DNA of 64,000 nt from IMG/VR virus record IMGVR_UViG_3300037042_003896, positions 35,684 through 99,683 of that record; one strand, written 5' to 3'. The translations under genes were made by a program, and so were the position numbers. The DNA is from a virus. Below are positions 58,652 through 64,000 of the stretch, one piece after another. Below the pieces are notes generated by a model. It searched no databases. It worked only from the letters and a program-made list of their open reading frames with translations, and had not been told where the DNA came from. Each line of letters opens with the position of its first letter. Within the stretch, counting starts at the first letter, position 1.

Positions 58652-58747
58652 ATGAGCAAAGATAGATATGAAGCTTCTGCAGCCTTAACATTTTATGGAA
58701 TGGTTGCAATAATAATTCTTCTCATTGTATTATTAATACTGAAATAA
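58652..58747 (+). CDS. 31-aa single-TM peptide
   Basis: MSKDRYEASAALTFYGMVAIIILLIVLLILK; TAATG-coupled to the next gene. Confidence 0.5.
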   Translation: MSKDRYEASAALTFYGMVAIIILLIVLLILK

Positions 58748-59148
58748 TGAAAAAATTATTGATAATAGCAATGTTTGTTCTCCCGTTAATGGTTGTAGGA
58801 CAAGTAAATAATTACAGAGCCTTTCACGCTACAATTGGAGTGTGGGATGAAAATCGTGAAGAATGGAATTGGGATAATCCTAAAGATATAAATATTGGGA
58901 TTGTTACTAATATTGCGGATCGTTCATATGTAATATATGCAAAAAAGACTATTGCATTAAGCATTATAACGATTGAACAAATTAAAGAAACTGCTAATAC
59001 AGTCAGTTATTTGTTTGAAACTCTTGATCAAAATGGTGTATATGTTGTAGTTACAGAAACCATTCCTAAAATAGAAGGATATGCGTATATAATTACGCTT
59101 ATATATCCTGATTTTGGAATTAGATATGAAGTTGAAACCCTAAAATAA
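58747..59148 (+). CDS. Secreted/periplasmic beta-rich protein
   Basis: Signal peptide MKKLLIIAMFVLPLMVVG followed by Q. Confidence 0.6.
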   Translation: MKKLLIIAMFVLPLMVVGQVNNYRAFHATIGVWDENREEWNWDNPKDINIGIVTNIADRSYVIYAKKTIALSIITIEQIKETANTVSYLFETLDQNGVYVVVTETIPKIEGYAYIITLIYPDFGIRYEVETLK

Positions 59149-59154
59149 TATAAA

Positions 59155-60087
59155 ATGAAAAATTTAATACCGTTTCAAATCCTTGACGAAAAAGGATTAA
59201 CAAGTGTGCATTCAGGTGCAATTAGTAATCTTTGTAATCAACAAGCTCGTGAAATTGACGCTATTATTGCGTCAATTAATAATCATAGTGAGAAATTAAC
59301 TCACAAAGGATCAGATTATAATTTAGTAGATGCATATTTTATGCCTGTTAATATTATAGAATTGATTATTCGTAAAGGAGAATTACATTCTTTACAAGCT
59401 TTCTTAATGGAAGGTGTAAAAGCAAAAGATGCTATGCTGTCTTCATTGAAAAGAGCTCCTTTTGAATATGAAGATAAAGCTCCTGATTATCCTGAAATGG
59501 ACAAATTAATAGAAGGAAAAGAATTTACTGAACAAGATGTACTTGATACATTTAGTAAAGAACAAATTGGTGAATATTTATATAATGAGAGCATTGCTGC
59601 TCACATTGGAAGATTTATTCACGATGGTGGTAAACTTTCTCAATTGAGAAAAGAACTTCCATTAATTCCTCCTACTAAATGGCATTCTATTATTAAGGAT
59701 GAACAAACTCCTGTTAGAGTGACAAAACACCACAGTGCTTCTCAACTTTCAGCATTACATGAAGAATTAGCAGGATTACATAGGAATGCAGAGAAAAGAG
59801 TAAATTATTATAAAGCTCTGATTCTTAATAATGTAGCTGAAATGAATGCAGCTGAAGCTAATCGTGTAGCATTATTAAATTCTGAAATTCAAAAAAGAAA
59901 TCAGAATAAAAATGCAACACATGTAACTAATTGGGATAATTGGTCTACATTTAGACAAATGGCTCAAAATAAGTTTGAGAATGAAAGAGAGCAACAAATT
60001 AAAAAAACTGCTCAATTAAGAATAATGATCCCAGCAGAACTTCAACCTATGGTTGATGAATTCATGGCTAAACTTGAAGATAGATAA
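59155..60087 (+). CDS. Unknown helical/coiled-coil protein upstream of a structured RNA-like element
   Basis: 310 aa; no recognised catalytic motif. Confidence 0.7.
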   Translation: MKNLIPFQILDEKGLTSVHSGAISNLCNQQAREIDAIIASINNHSEKLTHKGSDYNLVDAYFMPVNIIELIIRKGELHSLQAFLMEGVKAKDAMLSSLKRAPFEYEDKAPDYPEMDKLIEGKEFTEQDVLDTFSKEQIGEYLYNESIAAHIGRFIHDGGKLSQLRKELPLIPPTKWHSIIKDEQTPVRVTKHHSASQLSALHEELAGLHRNAEKRVNYYKALILNNVAEMNAAEANRVALLNSEIQKRNQNKNATHVTNWDNWSTFRQMAQNKFENEREQQIKKTAQLRIMIPAELQPMVDEFMAKLEDR

Positions 60088-60098
60088 CATTAATTGGT

Positions 60099-60359
60099 AG
60101 ACAAGAGATAAGCAAACGCTGATTCTCTTGTCTTTTATAGTAAATAATAAGGTCACATAAAAAACAATATCTAAAAAGACAAAATATAAATATAAATTCT
60201 TCTGCTTCTTCACAAAATAATGCCCACGCTTATTCCAGAAATAAATTTCTGGTACAGCAAAAAACAATAGTCGTTGTTTTGGTCTTTGCCTTTGTTGTGA
60301 GGAAGGTCTTTGTTTTTATTTTTGTTTTTATCATTGTCTATATGCCTTATTATTTACTA
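60099..60359 (+). ncRNA. Putative structured non-coding RNA
   Basis: 10-bp hairpin, then a long rod closed by a perfect 15-bp stem with branched apex; G-U pairs favour the plus strand. Confidence 0.6.
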
Positions 60360-60392
60360 ACATTTTTTTAACCTTATAAAACCCAAAAAACA

Positions 60393-60593
60393 ATGAAAAG
60401 ATTACCATTAATTCTCGCAGGAGTAGTAGCAATATGTTTATTTGTATTGTCTCTACCATTTTTAGCAATCCTATATATATTAGGTTGTGATGATGTATTT
60501 AAAAAATATGGAAGAGCTCTCACAAGTATAACATTTAACAAACTAACCTATGAAAAAAGAAATTATGTCTCTAAAGGAATTTCTAAATTTTAG
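60393..60593 (+). CDS. Small membrane protein
   Basis: Hydrophobic N-terminal segment. Confidence 0.5.
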   Translation: MKRLPLILAGVVAICLFVLSLPFLAILYILGCDDVFKKYGRALTSITFNKLTYEKRNYVSKGISKF

Positions 60594-60699
60594 AAAAGAA
60601 GCATTTAAAGCAGAAGAAGAATTTATATGTAAGATTCTTCCTGGAGCATTTTATGAAGTGATAGCAAACGAAGTCTTTTTAACTAAATTAGGATTTTAA
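60550..60699 (+). CDS. 49-aa hypothetical protein
   Basis: MKKEIMSLKEFLNFRK...LTKLGF; ends 2 nt before the next ATG. Confidence 0.5.
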   Translation: MKKEIMSLKEFLNFRKEAFKAEEEFICKILPGAFYEVIANEVFLTKLGF

Positions 60700-60701
60700 C
60701 T

Positions 60702-61154
60702 ATGTATACAACAGCAGAACTTGTATTAGCTAATTATAAACCATTGGTTCTTGAAAAGGGTATGTTATTTATGAATACTATTCATATAGGAACTCCTAAG
60801 GAATGTGTTGAGGTGTGGGCATTAGATAAACTTCCTCAAGATATAGAAACATTTACCATAAAGAATGGATATCCTGTTGAATTTCTAATAATTGATCAAG
60901 AACAGAATATAATGGCTGAACATCATGATATTGGATATTTTGATGAAGGAGATGAACTTGATACTCTTAGAGACATAACATTACGTGATCTAAATGAGAT
61001 TCTTTCTAAATATGGTGGTATGTTAGAAATAGATGCTACAATAGAAGAAAATGAAGTAATTCCTATATTTAGAGAACAAAAAGTTGTTATAAGATTTCCT
61101 GTTGAAGATTATGAGGAATTCTTTGATGATTTTTCAACACTCGAAGAGTTATGA
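60702..61154 (+). CDS. Hypothetical acidic protein
   Basis: 150 aa ORF. Confidence 0.65.
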   Translation: MYTTAELVLANYKPLVLEKGMLFMNTIHIGTPKECVEVWALDKLPQDIETFTIKNGYPVEFLIIDQEQNIMAEHHDIGYFDEGDELDTLRDITLRDLNEILSKYGGMLEIDATIEENEVIPIFREQKVVIRFPVEDYEEFFDDFSTLEEL

Positions 61155-61612
61155 GTATATCCATAATTGGAAAAAATAGTGAGTATGTCTTCAATCGCAG
61201 TTATTGGGATTGGAGACCTATACTCGCTATTTGTGAAAAGGTTATAGAAGATCAAAAGCTTAATTATAACACCGAATATTGGGGATATAATGATGGTGCA
61301 GGTCTTGAAAACCAAGAACAATGTGACAAGTTAGCAAATGGAATGGTAGAATATGTTAAGAATTTAAACTATTCTGATCTTGAACTTGTATATGTAAATT
61401 CTGGAACATGGAGAGATATGTTTAATGATTTTGTTTATGATAATGATATAACAACTAAATTAAACAAGGAATATCCCATAGGACAAGTTTTACTAAATCC
61501 AATTATATGTGAGGATGGAGAAATATATTATCCTTCTCATAAGACTACAATTTTAAATGTAAAACAATTTATTGAATTTCTTCATTATTGTGAAGGATTT
61601 AACATCACTTAA
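61151..61612 (+). CDS. Hypothetical protein
   Basis: 153 aa; W.WRP, NDGAGL, FL..C.GF pattern. Confidence 0.65.
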   Translation: MSISIIGKNSEYVFNRSYWDWRPILAICEKVIEDQKLNYNTEYWGYNDGAGLENQEQCDKLANGMVEYVKNLNYSDLELVYVNSGTWRDMFNDFVYDNDITTKLNKEYPIGQVLLNPIICEDGEIYYPSHKTTILNVKQFIEFLHYCEGFNIT

Positions 61613-61634
61613 AACAAATTCAACTTAAAGCAAA

Positions 61635-62387
61635 ATGAAAAAGAACTCTTGGAAATGGTTAGATGTAAATTCTAAAAAAGGATTTGCAATATTAGCAGGT
61701 ATAAATAGACCAATAAATCCTGCACATGTTAGTAAATTAGCAGAATCTATTCGTGATTTTGGTATGTTTATCAGACCTATATTAGTAGCACATGTAAAAT
61801 TTCTTCCTAGTGGACCAGCTTGGTATATTATTGATGGGCAACATTTGTATATTGCTGCTTTGAGATTAAAACTTGATATTCCATATATAGAAATGGAAGT
61901 AAATTCGTTAGAAGAATTAATTGAACGAATAGCTCAAGTTAATACTACTTCTAAACCTTGGGTATTGGAAGATTATATTACTAGTTGGGGATATTATAAA
62001 CCTTCATATCAAGAATTAAAAAGGTTATATCAATTATATAATATAGAACGATCTATATTAGCAGAACTTTTACATACAGGCATTGTAACAGCAAGTCGTG
62101 CAGGAGGATCATCAATTCCAAAAGTTATAAAGAAAGGACAATTTAAAATCCTTAATTTACAATTAGCTGTAAAAGTGCTGGATTATATTACAGATCTTAG
62201 AGATATTACTAATGATCTTGGTAGACAAGAACAGCGATTGATTATTTCAATCATGATTGAAAAAATTAAAGCTGATGGAGGTTCATATAAACATGAAATA
62301 TATAAAAAATATTTAACTTCTATTAAGAAGGATTTACTTATTGCTTCTAATGATATTGAAACTTTACGTTCACTTTTATCAAAATAA
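61635..62387 (+). CDS. ParB/Srx-like N-terminal domain protein
   Basis: INRPIN..HVSKLAESI..PILV..IIDGQHL. Confidence 0.7.
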   Translation: MKKNSWKWLDVNSKKGFAILAGINRPINPAHVSKLAESIRDFGMFIRPILVAHVKFLPSGPAWYIIDGQHLYIAALRLKLDIPYIEMEVNSLEELIERIAQVNTTSKPWVLEDYITSWGYYKPSYQELKRLYQLYNIERSILAELLHTGIVTASRAGGSSIPKVIKKGQFKILNLQLAVKVLDYITDLRDITNDLGRQEQRLIISIMIEKIKADGGSYKHEIYKKYLTSIKKDLLIASNDIETLRSLLSK

Positions 62388-62391
62388 TCGT

Positions 62392-62399
62392 TATCTTTG
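62392..62399 (+). promoter_or_regulatory. Bacteroidota -7 element TATCTTTG ahead of the hydrolase/polymerase genes
   Basis: Intergenic exact TAnnTTTG. Confidence 0.5.
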
Positions 62400-62453
62400 T
62401 AATAGATCCCTGTTCTTATTTATATAAGAATAGGGGTCTTAATTAAACTGTCG

Positions 62454-62891
62454 ATGAAAGCAATAGTAATAACAATACTGTTTATTCTTTTTTCTGTAAA
62501 ACATTTAAATGTGCAGGAAATAAAGAAATATGAAAATGTTATATTTTCAGAAAATAATCTCTATGCATATATTATTGCAATGGAGATTAAATACCCAGAA
62601 ATAGTTTTTGCTCAAGCTAAATTAGAATCTTCTCATTTCAAATCTAAGATCTTTAGAGAGAACCATAACCTATTTGGCATGAAACTCCCACGTAAGAGAA
62701 AAACTACTGCTACAGGGGAGAATAGAGGGCATTCTGTGTATTCTAATTGGATGAGTTCTGTTCAGGATTATAAATTATGGCAAGATAGAATAATTCATAA
62801 GCTAAATACAAAGAATAAGTATTATGCATATTTAGGAAAGAATTATGCAGCAGATGAAAATTATGTTAAACTTCTAAAACGAATGAACTAA
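62454..62891 (+). CDS. GH73/glucosaminidase-like peptidoglycan hydrolase with N-terminal anchor
   Basis: AQAKLES, NLFGMK, SVQDY, YAADENY. Confidence 0.75.
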   Translation: MKAIVITILFILFSVKHLNVQEIKKYENVIFSENNLYAYIIAMEIKYPEIVFAQAKLESSHFKSKIFRENHNLFGMKLPRKRKTTATGENRGHSVYSNWMSSVQDYKLWQDRIIHKLNTKNKYYAYLGKNYAADENYVKLLKRMN

Positions 62892-64000
62892 TGGACAAAG
62901 TCTTAATTTATGACATAGAGACAATGCAGGAATTATTTCTTGTAGGAGTTTATAATCCTCAACTCAATTTATATAGAGAATTTGAAATAAGTAAATGGAA
63001 AAATGAACTTAATTCTTTTATTAATTGGAGTGATCGTAAAACAGACCATTATTGGGTAGGATATAATAATCTTCGATTTGATGCTCAAGTTATAGAATAT
63101 ATTATTCACAATTACAATAATTGGTATGATTTTACTAGTCTTGAATTAACTGCAATGATTGCTCAAAAAGCTCAAGATGTTATTCATGATTCAAATTATG
63201 ATATATTTCCTGAATATAGAGAGCAAGATTTAAGTTTTAAACAATTGGATCTTTTTAAAATAAATCATTTTGATAATAAAAATCGAATGGTTAGTCTTAA
63301 AAGACTTGAATTTGAAATGGATTTTGAGAACATAGAAGAAATGCCTATACATCATACTAAAGTTGATATGACTCTTGAAGAAGTTATACAAACTAAAAAG
63401 TATTGTAAGAATGATGTTATGGCTACCTATGATTTTTATAACATTACTATTGGGAACACTGAACATCCTTTATATAAAGAGAATGATCAGATTGAACTTA
63501 GACAGAATATAGAAGAGGAATTTAATATTCCTTGTCTAAATTATTCTGATAGTAAAATTGGTGATGAAATGATTAAGAAATTTTATTGTCAGGAAAAAAG
63601 AATAGATTATAAAAAACTTCCCAAAAAAGGAACATTTAGAAAAAGTATTGAGGTTAAGAATTGTATTGCAAAGTATGTTGTGTTTCAAACTCCTGAACTA
63701 ACAAAGTTTTATAAGGATATACAGAAACGAACTATGAAAATGCAAGATGAATTTCTTGAAGAATTACATTTTTATGGTAATACTTATACATTTGCAAGAG
63801 GTGGACTTCATTCTGTTAACACTCCTAAAATATTTAAGGAAGATGATGATTATTTAATCATTGATTGGGATGTAAGTTCATATTATCCTGCTATTATCAT
63901 TAACAATGGTCGTTATCCTGCACATTTAGGGAAAGAATTCTTAAGAGGCTACAAACAAATGTTTGACAGACGATTAGAACTTAAACCTTTGGCTAAAAAG
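62891..64000 (+). CDS. polB: DNA polymerase family B (truncated by window end)
   Basis: Translated by hand: ExoI YDIET, ExoII GYNNLRFD, ExoIII YCKNDV, GGLHS, motif A DWDVSSYYP. Confidence 0.85.
   Translation, partial: MDKVLIYDIETMQELFLVGVYNPQLNLYREFEISKWKNELNSFINWSDRKTDHYWVGYNNLRFDAQVIEYIIHNYNNWYDFTSLELTAMIAQKAQDVIHDSNYDIFPEYREQDLSFKQLDLFKINHFDNKNRMVSLKRLEFEMDFENIEEMPIHHTKVDMTLEEVIQTKKYCKNDVMATYDFYNITIGNTEHPLYKENDQIELRQNIEEEFNIPCLNYSDSKIGDEMIKKFYCQEKRIDYKKLPKKGTFRKSIEVKNCIAKYVVFQTPELTKFYKDIQKRTMKMQDEFLEELHFYGNTYTFARGGLHSVNTPKIFKEDDDYLIIDWDVSSYYPAIIINNGRYPAHLGKEFLRGYKQMFDRRLELKPLAKK

Noticed and set aside
60016-60267. 83-aa minus-strand ORF over the structured element
   Set aside because: Opposite to local gene orientation, overlaps a real gene, low-complexity composition
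60099-60359. Retron msr-msd or DGR template interpretation
   Set aside because: No reverse transcriptase and no TR/VR pair seen in the window
55505-60400. CRISPR array, tRNAs or known ribozymes in the non-coding regions
   Set aside because: No regularly spaced repeats, cloverleaf/T-loop or hammerhead core recognised by eye
1-64000. Stop-codon reassignment (TAG/TGA) known in some crAss-like phages
   Set aside because: Very long uninterrupted ORFs and dense coding under the standard code

Overview
AT-rich segment of a crAss-like (Crassvirales-type) phage, read in the standard genetic code. The host is most likely Bacteroidota, judged from TAnnTTTG/TTTG promoters and A-rich leaders without Shine-Dalgarno sequences. 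From 55.5 kb down to 1 the minus strand carries the virion module: small DNA-binding genes, terminase, portal, scaffold, major capsid, ring/hub/fibre genes, a metallophosphoesterase, a GIY-YIG homing endonuclease, a split muzzle/tail-stabilisation gene and cargo proteins (one with a lytic transglycosylase). It ends with a 4809-aa virion RNA polymerase (DFDID) and a polyvalent protein truncated by the window and absent from the ORF track. After a strand switch at about 55.5-55.8 kb, the plus strand carries small early genes separated by hairpins, a ParB-like gene, a GH73-like hydrolase and a family B DNA polymerase (truncated). Best leads: (1) a ~260-nt structured non-coding element directly behind an unknown 310-aa gene; (2) cargo proteins divided into modules by a recurring x-x-x-G(G) motif; (3) ART, GNAT, nuclease, SLOG and DUF4326-like domains on the injected proteins; (4) an 18-nt box at identical spacing upstream of two host-type promoters; (5) a homing endonuclease that appears to have captured its target gene's start and supplied a recoded replacement. 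All calls come from motif reading and gene order; no searches were run.
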